The notes below the pieces were generated by a model. That model was not told the origin of the DNA, searched no databases, and saw nothing but the letters and a program-made list of their open reading frames with translations. The position numbers and the translations under genes are program-made. This document shows, piece by piece, positions 12,876-26,424 of a DNA stretch of 64,000 nucleotides. Source of the DNA: Camelus ferus (lineage: Eukaryota); assembly GCF_009834535.1 (NCBI RefSeq), contig NC_045697.1, forward strand, positions 100,566,001-100,630,000, written 5' to 3'. How positions within the stretch are numbered: the first letter of the stretch is position 1; each line of letters starts with the position of its first letter.

Positions 12876-15189
12876 TCTGACGTAATTCATAAAAACACAT
12901 CTGTTGGAAAATTTATATCTTTCAGAGTATTGTTTATTTTTAAATGAAGGACTGTAGAATTAATGTGTCAATGCTGTATCACTCCCAGAAGTAGTAAGTA
13001 CCAGAATTTATCTGTCTGTCTTTCTGTCTATCTATCTAACTATCTTACTTGACTTCTGTTAGATTTGTATTTGATATCACTTCTTTATGCAAATAATATA
13101 TATTTAGTGGGGGAAATTCACTTTATTTAAAGACTCTAGATTTGAAGTGGTCACTGCACTTAGGTAAGTGTAATGATACCTAAATTTGAGATACCTAAAA
13201 AAATACGAGTAATTGATGGGTGCATAGAGGGATGGAAGGAGACAGAAAAATCTGTGATAAAGCAAGTACAGTAAAATGTAAATGATAGAAACCAAGTGGT
13301 GGTCATATGGATGTTCACTGTAAAATACTTCATCTGTGCTCAATGTTTGAAAAGTTTTGTAAAGAAATGTTGAAGTTTAAACTCCATCAGCAAAACTCAC
13401 AAGTTTGTGAGGAGGGGATTAAAAAGAGTTAGGAAGTAAGAGAATTCAAAATGTCTTGTCACAAGTCAAAATCAATAACAAAAAAGATGGTGAGAAAATT
13501 CCCGAGTTTTTGTAAATAAAGTATGGTATTTCTAAATTACCCAGAGTCAAAGAAGAAATCATATATTAAGTTAGGAAACATTTAAATTAAATGCTAATAA
13601 ATTAATTAATTAAATAAATAATAATGTTAAATTTAATAATACATAAAAATGTTAATAAATAAATTAAATAATAATAATATTTAATTTAAATGTTTCCTAA
13701 CTTAGTATTAAATTTAGTAAGTTTATTTATAATTTGAATGGTAAAAATAATGCCAAGAAGGCTTAGCTTAAAGAAAAAAATGTGATTAAAATAAATAGTG
13801 AACAATCATCCAAATTTTAGCATATTCTTATACTCCTGTTTTCCTTTCTCATTGACCAAAAGAAAATTATATTTAAGACTCTGATCTACCGATCTTGAGT
13901 GAATGATAGAGAATTAATTATTGAAGAAAAACTTCACTTCTTCCAGAGAGGTGGACCTAGTGTAAGTTTTCTAGTGACATGTGTAACAAACAGGCCAAGC
14001 TCTCAGTACAGTGTAGATCCATCAAGTCAGAGTTCCCAGGACAGGTTCTATGAACTTTTAATGAATGCCTTATGAAAAGACAATTCTGGGTTGAAATAAG
14101 CTGGTTGAAAGGAAATAAATTTAAAATATTATTTTTAACAGCAAGACATCTAATGGTGGTTAATGTGTAAATTCTCAGGGACAGATTTCCCACCTTACCT
14201 TATCATGGTCGAGTTCCTGATTGGCCGCAGGGAGTGTGGTTTACTGATTTACTTGTTTTATATTCACGAGGCACTCTCTTAGAACACAATTTGGGCAAAG
14301 ATCATCTAAAGATAAGAGGCAAAATTGTGAACAAGTTAAGTTTGTTTTCTGCACGTCCATTTCCTTTTTCTGCCTATGTTATACCTTTGAGTGACCTTAA
14401 CTGTGCTTTCAGGAGTTGTTGGCTTTCTGATTTCACATCATAACATGAAAGCCTTTCTCTAGTGATGGGTCTTAAAGGAAGAAACGATTGAGGTGGGGAG
14501 TGTAGGGAAGCCCAGAGCAGGAACACCAACATCCCCTGGGGGGACCTGGAAAGAGTTCAGACAGCGGGCTGGGCTAAGCCTACTTCTGCTGACTGAAATT
14601 TTAGGTGAGAAAGTAAACAGCTCTTTTCATTAACAATCAGATAATCACTTTCTGCAGCTTTGAGGTAAAGACTCTGGAAATCCCAAACTACTTTGAAAGG
14701 CTCTGGATTTTATTGCTTGATTTCATAGTTTGTTCCAAGTGTCTTTACATTTTGATACAGGACCTGAGCTATTTCACCTCTCTGGGTTTCCATTCCCTTA
14801 TCTCTACAAGTAAAGATATAGGAATGATCTCTGCCATGCTCCCTAGACTGGCACCGCCAATGCCATGTGCGCCTGGATGGATCTGGCTTGTTGAGCCACG
14901 TGTTAGTTTTCATGTGCTGGACCTGGAGACTCCCCTAGACCACTGGCCCTCTCATCACCCCTGTTTCCCCTCACTGTGTCATTTAGGTACATCTCAGTCT
15001 TTGCATGTCACATGCATGCAATAAGGAACCAGGAAGTCTGAATCAGGCTTGTCTGTATCACTCTGTCCAGCTGCTGACATTGCCCCAAACCATATTGGAT
15101 AACTTCTCCAGGCTAACAACCTCTCCCTATTATTCTTGAAAAAGCATGCAAAGCATACTACTTCTTTTGTAACCTTTTGCTAAAATAAA

Positions 15190-15670
15190 ATTGCATAACA
15201 AATAACCAACAAACCTTAGAGGTGTATGAGTTATATGTGTATGGCTCACACGTCTGGACTCAGCTGGGGATCAGCTAGGCAGCTGTACTGATCTTGGCTG
15301 GACTCACTCACCTGTTCGGGGGTAGCTGGTGTTCACTGCTCTAAGCTGCTTTGAAGGGTGCAGGGCGACTCAGCTATGCTCCGTGTGCTTCTCATCCTCT
15401 AGAAGGCTGGCCTGAGCATGTTCTCATGGCAATGACAGAGGCACAAGAGGACAAGAAGAGACAGGAAGACTTCTTAAAGTTTAGGCTCAAAACTGGCTCC
15501 CTGCCACGTTTGTCTTAATCTCTTGGCCAAAGCAAGTCAGTGGTTGAGTTCAGAATCAAGTGGCATACAGGTCACGCTGTCTGCCGAGGCAGGCACTGCA
15601 AAGTTACGTGGCAGAAGGGCATAGATACAGGAAGAGATGAGGGAGTACAGTCAAATGATGCAATTTCCCC
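15190..15670 (-). mobile_element. MaLR LTR (MLT1)
   Basis: TTGCATAACAAATAACC...GGCCTGAGCATGTTCTCATGGC...TTGGCCAAAGCAAGTCA...TGCAAAGTTACGTGGCAGAAGGGCAT. Confidence 0.7.
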
Positions 15671-17217
15671 ATCCTGGTACCAGACACATTTGGAGTTGAG
15701 TGAGGGCAAACCAGAGCCTTGGTGTTTGACTTCCCTGTTTTCTGCCCTCTGTCTCAATTTGGCACAATTCACCAGGATTCTAAGGAGCTAGCTCCCTCCC
15801 TTTCCTTTTGTGATCTGGATGTGTTCTCCCTTACGCAGTAGTGTATAATCAAGCGCATCAAGCAAGCTTTTTAATTATGAACGAGTGAAATAAAATAACT
15901 TAGAATATTCTTTTGTGACTTCCTGGCTTGTAGGACTGAAATGTTGCTAAAGAGACTGAGAAATTCAGGTTTAAATCTCAGAGTTGACTGTTGGCCTCTT
16001 TGCTTTAGGCAGTACCTTGCTCTTCTTCCCTTGACAAATAAACTTTGAGCGTAGCTTCGGAAATTTAAGGCTGCCAGTAAACATGATTGAGTGGAGAAAT
16101 AAAAATGCATCCGTTTAATATTTACAAAATACACTCCCATTACGTTTTACTTCTAACTTCAGGTACAGATTTTACTTCAGGCAGTGGATTTTATTGCTTG
16201 ATTTCATAGTTGGTTCCAAGTATATTTACATCTTGATATAGGACCTGAGCTATTTCACTGCTCTGGGTTTCCATTTTCTTTTCTATACAAGTAAAGGTAT
16301 AGGAATTGAAATGGGTAAGCTAGGAAAAGTTACTCAACCTTTCTGGGTTTTAGTTTCCTTATCTGTCAAAATTCTATTGGAAAGCCCTTGCAACCCACTA
16401 TCTTATTATTCTTAAAATTCTGAACACCCTCAAGACCTAAACTCAAAACTCCAATTGTAGTGAAATAATTTTAATACTATGCAAATGGGGAGGAGATATT
16501 TGGAATCAAAGAGGTCTATTCAGTATAGTTCAAGTCAGGCCATGGGACTGTAGTACAACTGCTAAGGCCAGTTCTGCTAGAGACTGGAACACTGCCTGTA
16601 TAAAAACAAAGGATTCTGGAAAATACTGACTTTCTGAGGAAGCAAGCCAGGGGTACCTAACCTATTTGCACCTAAATAGCTGAGTCATTAAAAGAAAACT
16701 GGGAGTCTAGGTAGAGGAGATGGTCAACTGAGAGCACATAAGATAGCAATAAAGGCAGCAAATACAAAACATTTATTTATCAACATTTGCATAACATTAT
16801 ACGTCAGTGTTTAAGGTACTATACACTAATCTCCACTCATCTTCACAAATACTCTGCAAGATAAGCAATATTACCCCAGGTTCCAAAAGTGTGAGTGAAA
16901 AGTACCTATCTTTCTGGGAGCACACAGGTATTGGGGGTGTGGTGGCTGGAGGTTTCCTTCATGGTACCAGTTTCTGGACACATCCAACACAACGAGGGGA
17001 CACACCAAATGGCTGGGGCAACAATATTGTATATACTTCCTCCCACAACCTCTCACATTGCCAACTGCTTTGAGAAAGAGTTAGCTGTCTTAGCCACTCT
17101 TGTGAAGGTACTAGTTTTTCTATCATTGATTGCCCTGCATTCTGTCCTTTAAAAGGTGTCAGCTACAGAGATTTACAAATGCTAGCTGCTATATATAAAA
17201 GTAGATTTTAAAAAAGT

Positions 17218-17378
17218 TTCTTCTGTATAGCACAGGGAACTATGCTCAATGTCTTGTAATAACTTTTAATGAAAAAGAATATGAAAACGAATATATGTAT
17301 GACTGGGACATTGTGCTGTCCACCAGAGACTGACACATTGTTAACTGACTGTATTTCAATAAACAAACGAAAAAAAGA
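17218..17378 (+). mobile_element. Short 5'-truncated L1 3' end (lineage-specific)
   Basis: CTGTATAGCACAGGGAACTAT...GACACATTG...TTCAATAAAC plus an A-rich tail. Confidence 0.75.
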
Positions 17379-18090
17379 TATATATCCTTTTACCCTACTA
17401 AACACATTCATAATCCAGCAAATATGAGAATTAATTTCTGGAAGGTTTTAATCACTAATCAGATTAAACTCAAAGTAAAAAAAAAAAAAAAAAAAGGTAT
17501 CAGTTACATTGTGTGAAAAAAAAAAAGTTGAGAAAATAGAGGCAGGCTATTGCTGGTTGTCTTTGAAAGTTCACCATGAGTTAAAATGAGAAACTCTGTT
17601 CCCTTCACATCTGTGTCAGCTACTTCTATACAAGACCATGGCAGGATGTGGAAGTACAAAGAAGAGGTCTGTCAAATTCATCCTTAATTATTCTGATGCC
17701 ACAATTCACAATAATACTTTGCTTAAAAAGAAATGGCAAAATCTGAGAAGAAAGTTCGGTGGAATGGGAAATTGACAGGTAAAATCCAGGACCATCCCTG
17801 GCAACATAAGAGATGTGGTCATAGTAGTACTTGATTTCTTCAGTAAGTTATCAGGGATTTAGAGCCAGGCTTGGTGGAAAGAAGAAGTTTTGGCTAAATT
17901 CCTTTTGCTCCTATTTAAAAGATCAAGATCTAGTTCCAGTGTATTGATCTTGAAGATTCCTCCATAGGGTAGGGAGGATGTCTTAGTCCTCGCTGACTTT
18001 GAACTTAGGAAGGAAGACTACACAGAAACCATGGCATTCAAGCCTTTTAAACCCTGATTTACAGCAAGAAACACATTTTCTTCAGATACC

Positions 18091-18093
<3 letters not shown>

Positions 18094-18128
<35 letters not shown>
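18094..18128. repeat. (CA)n microsatellite
   Basis: About 17 perfect CA units. Confidence 0.95.
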
Positions 18129-18131
<3 letters not shown>

Positions 18132-20586
18132 CAAAGTATCACAAAACAATACTTGTACACCTTTCCAGTTTGCAATGCATTTTAATAGTTTTCATTCTTT
18201 TTCATTGAAAAATAATAATAATTACCTATTAAGTTAATGTCATGTCCTGGTAACTAGAGGGTAGTGATCAGCAATTTGGAAAATGCTGATGGAACAGTAA
18301 TAAAAGAGGAAGCATACATCTTCCGTCCTCAAGGAAATATAGGAAGAGAGGTGATAGGGTAAAGGAGGAAAACTCTTTCTCATTTCCCCAGTCAAGCCTA
18401 GGGGTTGAGAGTGGCTTTAGAAATAGCCAGGAAAGTACAGGAGCTCCCCCAGTGTCTGCTGTTCCTCCTATCAGTGCTTTAGAAAGGGGTGGCCTGGATG
18501 TGTGCCTGCACACTCATCCAGGGCATCCTGACTGAAATACGTGCAGCGGTGCACTTGGGGAATGGGAGACTTCCAGGCTGGCTGCCCAGAAGCTCCCCCT
18601 TGACTTTCATATTTCATGTCCTGAAGACTGTTCAAGGACCACGTGGGGAAACTTAGTAGGTATCTCATGAGGTTGGTTGACAAGTCAGCCAGAAATACTC
18701 ACTTTAGTAATGAAAGGAAAGACCTTGGACCTAGGGCAAGGCAGATGACACTCAACCAGGAACAAATGGAATTACAAAGCAAGCCTCAGTGGGTGATGGC
18801 AATGTGAGAGCTGAATGGGTCCCAGGCAGAAAGTGAAGATAGTCAGTTCCTAAGGCGATTTGACTATTTATAGGTTGGCATTAGATAAAATCAGTTCCTG
18901 AGGTGAGGTACCAGAGTCAGAGAACAGTCCACAAGGTCACCAGTCACAGACTTCAACACAGGAGATCAGCAGAAATTATCAGGTGGGGAAGGACATCGCT
19001 GTGGAATCTCCAAAGACCAGGGGTGATACGAGTATGCTGCCCCTGGTGTAAGCTAGTGCCTACCCCTGCTCACCTACCTGTCAACCCGTGAGGGCACAGT
19101 CAACTCCCAGAAGTAATCGTAGGGCAAGGGGATGGCATAACAAGTGAGTAATATCTCAAGCCTTGACTATTTATAGGTTGGCACTAGATAAAACTCTATG
19201 AGACAACACTAAATTTTGTACCTGCGCCTACATGCCAACTCTCCACCTAGGTTCATGGGGTCTTACAAAAACAACAGCTCAGTTATGAAGAAATAGAAAC
19301 TCCATTTCCTCTTCACATTTGAGAACAGCAGGAAGAAATTCCCAATCATAGCATAAAAGTCACTGTGAATTTTTTTCATTGTTATATACACTCACTGATG
19401 AGTAAAAGAATTCTTAAGACCATTTCTTATATGAATGTCAGAAATTTTTACCTTGATAACAGTGTTATAAATGTCATGAAGCCTTTTTTTTTTTTTTCCC
19501 CAAATAAGGCACTTTATGTGTTCTTCAAAACTGGTTAATAAAGGAATTCTGGTGCCTACGGGAAAGACACATCACTGTATTTCTGTTGCCAGTGTATGTT
19601 GGGTAGAATATTTTGTCATTAAACTTTCATGATAATATTAATTGGTGAAATTTTGGAGCCTAGAGACTGTGCCCCACATGTGAAGTTAAATGCTGCATTG
19701 AAGCAATTTTTAGATAATTCCAGTAAAGTGTTCACTTCTACAAATCATACCAACAAAAGCGTATTTTCTCCACATTATCTTTGCTTTTTATGTGTAACAA
19801 TCACATGACTGATCCCTAAGGGTAAAAATACAAAACTATTCTTTTTTTTTAATGAGTACGTTTATGTATCACATAAATGTCAATTCCTTAAATGAAGACT
19901 TGAGAGTGTGTTTGCCACAACACCTTGTCTTTTTGAAGAATTATAGTTACCAGTCCAAATTAGTATTAAAGTATATTACAAATAATAATGCTTTTATCTT
20001 ACTGGAAAAACATCTGTACATATCTGGTTGAGTGTAACCATAAATATAATACTCTGAACTTTTCTTATTTAATAGACTTTTTCTGAAATAAGAGACAATG
20101 TATGTGAAATAGAGTTTTTTTGGGGGGGAGCTTTTTGAAAAAATTAAGTATTATTATAAAGTTTTTATTGTATTCTTTTTACTAGAAAAAAAAGATTGAG
20201 GTTTAATGGTTATTTTAATTTTGCTAAGTTTGCCGTGGGCTGGTAATGAAGTGAGCAACAGAAATTAGACAGGCAAGGCACAGCTTTAAAACACATTACT
20301 TACAGGAATTTCAACAAAAGAAAAATGAGTGTTTGAAAAATACCTATACCAGTTTTCAGAACTTGGTAACTCTACTGAGGTGCCAACTCACCACCAAGAA
20401 CATGGAAATGATAGGAAAATATGATCCTCTCTTGGTAAATAAACTGTAGGATAAACTCAAAGGTCTGGACAACATGTGAAAACACAGAACTCTCAAGACA
20501 GGAGGATTGAGTGTTTCCTGATAGAGTGTCTAAGCTCCTCAAAATGGTATCTGTAGCCCTAAAAGCCTGGGGGTCGGGGCTGGAAG

Positions 20587-21118
20587 TGTTACTGAGTTCA
20601 AACTCATTCTGCTTGCTGCAGGAAAGACCAATAAATCAGGTGACAAGGTGTTGGGGCAGGAAATAATGACTTTATTTGGAAAATCAGCAGACGGAGGAGA
20701 TGGAGGGCTAATATCCTAGAGAACCATCTTACTCATCTCACCCAAGTCAGAATTCAGGCTTTTTTTAATACTAAAAAGGGAGGGGCTATGGTTGGTTGCT
20801 GTAAACTTCTGAGTGTCAGGATCCTTTGTTCTTGCAGCTGTCCATGTAGGTCAGGTCATGATGTTCCTGTAAACCTCCAACACAACAAATGTTATTTTCT
20901 ATTCTGCAACTTTTTTTAAATCTCTGTATGAATGGAAAAGTGTTATACCTTAAAGGTCAGAGCCTTAAGAATGGGCTGTCCTGTGTATTTCGGGCTCTAG
21001 GCAACATTCTCTTACAAAACGTGCAGAACCAGCAGGACTAAGCCCAGGAAACAGAGCCCAGGACTAGAGCTAAAGGAACAGATCTAATGTGGAGTCAGAT
21101 TTGTTCTTCCCTACTGCA
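20587..21118 (-). mobile_element. ERV1-type solo LTR (MER41-like)
   Basis: TG...CA termini; reverse-complement homologue of 43893-44407; AATAAA on the minus strand. Family name from memory. Confidence 0.8.
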
Positions 21119-21853
21119 GGACAACAATGTTATTGCCCATCCAAGCACTATCCAGAGAGAGAGGCCTTACTTAACAGCCTTTAAGTTACTTGGCCCCAGT
21201 GTGAAGTTAGTCCCAGTCATTTAATTTGCTAACTAATGCCCTTTCTTGATTTTATGCTTAGGAAACAACCTTCTGATTCAGATTTGTATTCGTATTTTAG
21301 ATCTACCTACAGAGGAGAAAAATGCACTGGTCCTATGAGTACAGCTATTTCAGTCCATGTGAAAATTACATTTCACTTTATACTTAAATAAATAGCGCTT
21401 CTGTTAATATGTTAATTTTGAGTATTCTATCCATAGGAGCCTGACACAGAGATAGATCCAAATCTCTACATAATCTCACCAAAGTAATAAATGACCCTGA
21501 GGTGGGGTCCAGTGGGAGCTATCCAGCCTGATTTCTTGCTCAGTGGCTGCAAGAAACTTTATCTTTTAACAGCCTTGGCATTTCAGTATGATCAGTGCTA
21601 AGTCTTAGTGTCCCGTCTCTAAAATGTGGGTAATAATACTTCAGCGCCTGTATCATTTTGCTAATTCTTTGCTTGACAAACACTATTGGACCCTACTCTG
21701 GTCCCCTGCCCTTTATTTCATGGCTAGAAGAGCCTGCTTCCCACAATAGTGAATATTCTAAGTAATTCTAGATAATTGCTTTCCTAGCTTCCCTTGAAGT
21801 TTTACAAATATAAATGAAGTCATATACGTGTAAAGATGTTTTAGCCTTAGAGA

Positions 21854-22432
21854 TTGTGGTGGGCAGAATTCTAAATGCCCCCTGCCCCAAGATCCCTGCC
21901 GTGTATGTACACACCTGCATAATTGTCTGGGCTGTAAATATGATGAATTTTACTCCTGTGATGAAGTTACATTAGATGGCACAGTTGACTTGGAGAAAGA
22001 GATTATCCACATGGGCCTTTTCTAAACTTACATGAGCCCTTTAACTCTCAGTCTAGAGGTCAGGGACTGGGAGAGTCAGAGATCTGAAATAGCAGAGACA
22101 TTCCCCTGCTGACCTTAAAGAAGTGACTGCCAATTTTGGAAAGAGTGACATGGCAGGGAATGGCAGGCTGCCCCTAGGAGCTGAGAAGGGCCCCTGGGTT
22201 AACAGCCAACAAGAACTAGATTCTGCCAACAACCTGAATGAACTTGGAAGTGGATTTTTCCCCAGAGAACTCCAGACAAGAGTTGGACCCAGCCAACACC
22301 TTGCTTTTAGCCATGGGAGAGCCTGAGCAGAGGGGGTATTTGTGCAAACTCCTAACTCGCTGAAACTGTGAGATAATGAAGTTGAGCTGTTTTATGCTGC
22401 TAACTTTATGGTACATTGTTACACAGCAATAA
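21854..22432 (+). mobile_element. MaLR LTR (MLT1E/F/G-like)
   Basis: TGTGGTGGGCAGAATTCTAA...AACAGCCAACAAGAA...GAAACTGTGAGATAAT...TTGTTACACAGCAATA. Confidence 0.8.
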
Positions 22433-22646
22433 AAAGGAATGTGGGAGTCTTGCCGTATAATTACTATAATGAAAACAGAGTGTTCAAATAAGAAAAATCC
22501 AGGAAATACTTCAAGCCTAAGTGGAGCTGCTCTTGCTCAGAGCCTCATTGGGTTGCAATCCATTGTTGGTTGGGACGGTAATCTACTTTGCCTGATAGTT
22601 ATAGAGCGTGAACATCGACTTCACTGTGTATTAAGAAGAATGGAAG

Positions 22647-23433
22647 AGAGGCTGTGGAGAAAAGGGAACCCTCCTACACTGCTGGTGGGAATGCAGTTTG
22701 GTGCAGCCACTGTGGAAAATAGTATGGAGATTCCTCAAAAGACTAGGAATAGACTTACCATATGACCCAGGAATCCCATTCCTGGGCATATATCCAGAAG
22801 GAACCCTACTCCAAAATGACACCTGCACCCCAGTGTTCATAGCAGCACTATTCACAATAGCCAAGACATGGAAACAGCCTAAATGTCCATCAATAGATGA
22901 CTGGATAAAGAAGATGTGGTCTATGGATACAATGGAATACTATTCAGCCATAAAAACCAACAACATAACGCCATTTGCAGCAACATGGATGTTCCTGGAG
23001 AATGTCATTCTAAGTGAAGTAAGCCAGAAAGAGAAAGAAAAATACCATATGAGATCACTCATTTGTGGAATCTAAAAAACAAAACAAAACAAAACAAAAC
23101 ATACATAAATACACAACAGAAACAGACTCATAGACATAGAATACAAACTTGTGGTTGCCAAGGGGGCAGGGATTGGGAGGGGACAGACTGGGATTTCAAA
23201 ATGTAGAATAGATAAACCAGATTATACTGTATAGCACAGGGAAATATATACAAGATCTTGTGGTAGCTCATAGCAAGAAAAAAAGTGTGACAATGAATAT
23301 ATGTATATTCGTGTATAACTGAAAAATTGTGCTCTTCACTGGAATTTGACACAACATTGTAAAATGACTATAACTCAGTAAAAAATGTTTTAAAAAATTA
23401 GAAAAACATATTTGTAGGGGAAAAAAAAAGAAG
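22647..23433 (+). mobile_element. Young 5'-truncated L1 with 14-bp TSD
   Basis: ORF 22698..23075 is the L1 ORF2 C-terminus ([13 protein letters not shown]...[12 protein letters not shown]...[10 protein letters not shown]). TSD AAGAAGAATGGAAG at 22633-22646 and 23434-23447. Confidence 0.95.
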
Positions 23434-25859
23434 AAGAAGAATGGAAGGAGTTTGAAATCGCTTTCTGTGGTCTGACCAGAGTCTTTAAAGACTATTGTCT
23501 TGCTTGGGGCGCAAAAATCTTATTTAAAAGTCAAAGCTGAGGAATGACTTTATTGTTCAAGCTGCTACTGCCTCTCGCTTAGAAGAAATGACCCCTATTG
23601 CTCCATTAGGTTGGGACCCACGGAGCTGCACAGTCTACAGTTTAACCTGATAGGAAAGTTTCACACGTACTTTTTATGACTACCACTACGTGAAATATAT
23701 GCCAAGCTCTTGTTTCCACCTTAGCTGTGAAGATGAATAAGATAACATTTCTGCCCTGGAGGAGTTTCTAGCCTCAGGACAGGAATAGATGTGTAAAGAG
23801 CTAACCACAATTGTACATAATTAGTCCTATAATAACGGAATGAGCAAAGCATTGTGGGACTACAGAGAAAGCTCTGCTGGAAACTGCTCAGGAATAGCTG
23901 TGCCTCAGGCAATATGAATATACTCCTGCTAAAATAGCACTATTTCATTTGGCAAAAGGTAACATAATTGAGAGAAAGTAGATGGTGCATGTATATCAGA
24001 ACTGTGGGACAGAAACTGTCAACATCCTTTATGAGAAAGGAAAATAGTTTCTTGCCATTTCAAGATGCTTCACCTAGGGTCACAGGAGGAAACGGTTTTT
24101 GGCCTTTCTTATTTCTTGTTTGTTGGCTTTGTTACTTGCCTTTGTTACGATTTGGTTTTATTAATTAAAGATTGCTTTCTAAAACTATTTTCCTAAGCTT
24201 AAAGATGCGTGCAGTTCTGTCTTCAAAAAATAACTGTTTCCCTATTTAAATTTTAAATTTTCCTTTGACCTTTTATTTGTGATGACCTAGTACTTGTAAG
24301 ACATTGATGAGATGCTGTGGGACATTTCAAGATGGAAAAAGAAAACTTATTTCTGCCCTTAGGAGGCTTACATTTTAGTAGGAGAGACTGTGGCATAAAA
24401 ATAATATAGTAACAGGTAAAATAAAATAAAAGCCATCAAAACGTTAAAGAAAATGAGATGAATGTGCTTTGCGTTTTGACCTTTCTGTTTACTGGTTTTG
24501 GGAGGGCCTGTAACCTCAACAACATAATGTAACTTCACGTTGAGGTTTTTAGTATTTTTATAACTTCGTTGTTAGAATGTCACAGCTGGAAGTGACACTG
24601 GATGAGGACACTGTCAGAGAAGTCTAATATTCCACTCTGGGTCACATGGTTAAGCCATGATCCAATGTTTCACAGTTTTTACTCTCTAAATCAGGGACTT
24701 CAAACTGGAGGCCTGTTGCTAAATTTGGCTCACAGTGCCTCTTAGTGTTATTATTTTTAGCGATATCAGTATTTCAGAATAACTTCTTTGAATTACTTCT
24801 GGCAGGGCACACCTTCATGTATTATATCTTAATACTCACAGTATATCATATATATATGAGACTTGGCCATCTTACAATGATGAGCCTCCAAGGGCATATG
24901 AATCTGAAATTCCTTTATGCTCTACAGTATGCGCCATATATTACATGAAATACAGTACTTGAAGTTCACAGGCCCTGTTAGGTTCTGTTTAGCTTCTGGG
25001 TCTTTGACTTACAGCTCCCATTTCTTGGGACAAACATTCCCATCTTTTCTTTTGCTAAACTGAGTATTATTTCTATCAAGACTTAGCTAAGGAGCCACAC
25101 ATGTAGAAAGTTGCGCCAGTCTGGTTTTGCCATATCTTATGCTTGTAAGCACTGCATCCTGAGTTTATCTCTACACACACACACACATGCACACTTTATA
25201 TTGTAATCATCCTTTTACTTCCAAACACACTGAGGCAGGTGTTATCTGTTTGTCTTGGATTCTCTGGTGCTGTGCAATGTATCTGGCACATAGAAAGATT
25301 TAAATAAATGTTTATTGACAAAATGTTATTTTGTTAAATGGTATGGAGATGGTAAAAACGGCATGAGAGCTCAATATTTATTTGTACTGTCTTAGAAAAG
25401 ACTCTAGCATTAAGCACATTCTTTGGATGTGACTTAACATTGTATCCTTTTTTGTCTTTAAGAATATTTTAAGATTCTCTAGGGAAAATAATTACAAATC
25501 TTAAATTATATAATAAATAGTTCAAATGATATTGAAAAAGGGTGAATAAACAAAGAGATTTTACTATCTTAAAAAACATTTTTGAAAGTATGGCTTAATA
25601 AAGTTGGATCTAGGCCAAAGGGAAATAAAATATTTAAGAAGGCAGAAGAAGGAAATCAGTAAAATTTGGAGTGAAGCCTGAATAGTAGTTGACAACATAA
25701 CTATAAATTTTCAGGAAACTGTTAAGCGATGATGCCTGAAAAACAAGTAGAGATGTGGAGACTTTCCAGTGGTTTCAACAAACCATGGGACTCGGCAAAG
25801 ATAAAGAGGGCGGGAAAAAGCAAAAATATTCTGAAAGTCTTGTCAATATTATGGTTGGC

Positions 25860-26420
25860 CATTGATATTGATTAATTCTGAATATTGATAGCAAATGTGA
25901 TGATCAAAATGCATGAGTAAAATTTTACTGACTGATTGTATGTACCTTGTGAGAGAGAAAAGTTGAGAGTTGTTCCAAAGCATTGGGTCTGGGTAACTGG
26001 AAGGATAGAGTTGACATTTTGTGAAATACTGGAAAATACCAAGAGCTCAGTTTTTAGCATAATAGATAGATATTTTCATTTAGAAAAGTAAGTGGAGATT
26101 CTGGAAAGGTAATTGAATACAAGTGTCCAGAGATCAGCACTTAGGTCCAGATTACAGCTATAAATTTGGAGTCATTGATACAGAGATAATATCTAAAGCC
26201 CTGAGACTGGAGGAAGTCATCAGGAAGGGACTGTAGACACAAAATAGAAGAGGTTCAAAACTGAGTCCAAACCAAAATTAAAAGGTCAAGAAGCAGAGGA
26301 GGGAGCAGCAGAGGAGACAGAAGGAGGGTGGTAGGAGGAATAAACCAAGAGACTGTGGAGTTCTGCTAAGTCAAGGGAAGAAAGTGTTTCAAAGAAGGAA
26401 TGATCAAAAGTGTCTAATAC
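25860..26420 (+). mobile_element. L2 fragment
   Basis: TATAAATTTGGAGTCATT...AAAGCCCTGAGACTGGAGGA...AAGTCAAGGGAAGAAAGTGTTTCAAAGAAGG; purine-rich, opposite orientation to the 7.7-9.8 kb fragments. Confidence 0.65.
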
Positions 26421-26424
26421 TATC

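Noticed and set aside
22439..23075. ORFs of 108 and 125 aa as host genes
   Set aside because: They are the C-terminus of L1 ORF2 in a 5'-truncated insertion; the same applies to 40870..41259.
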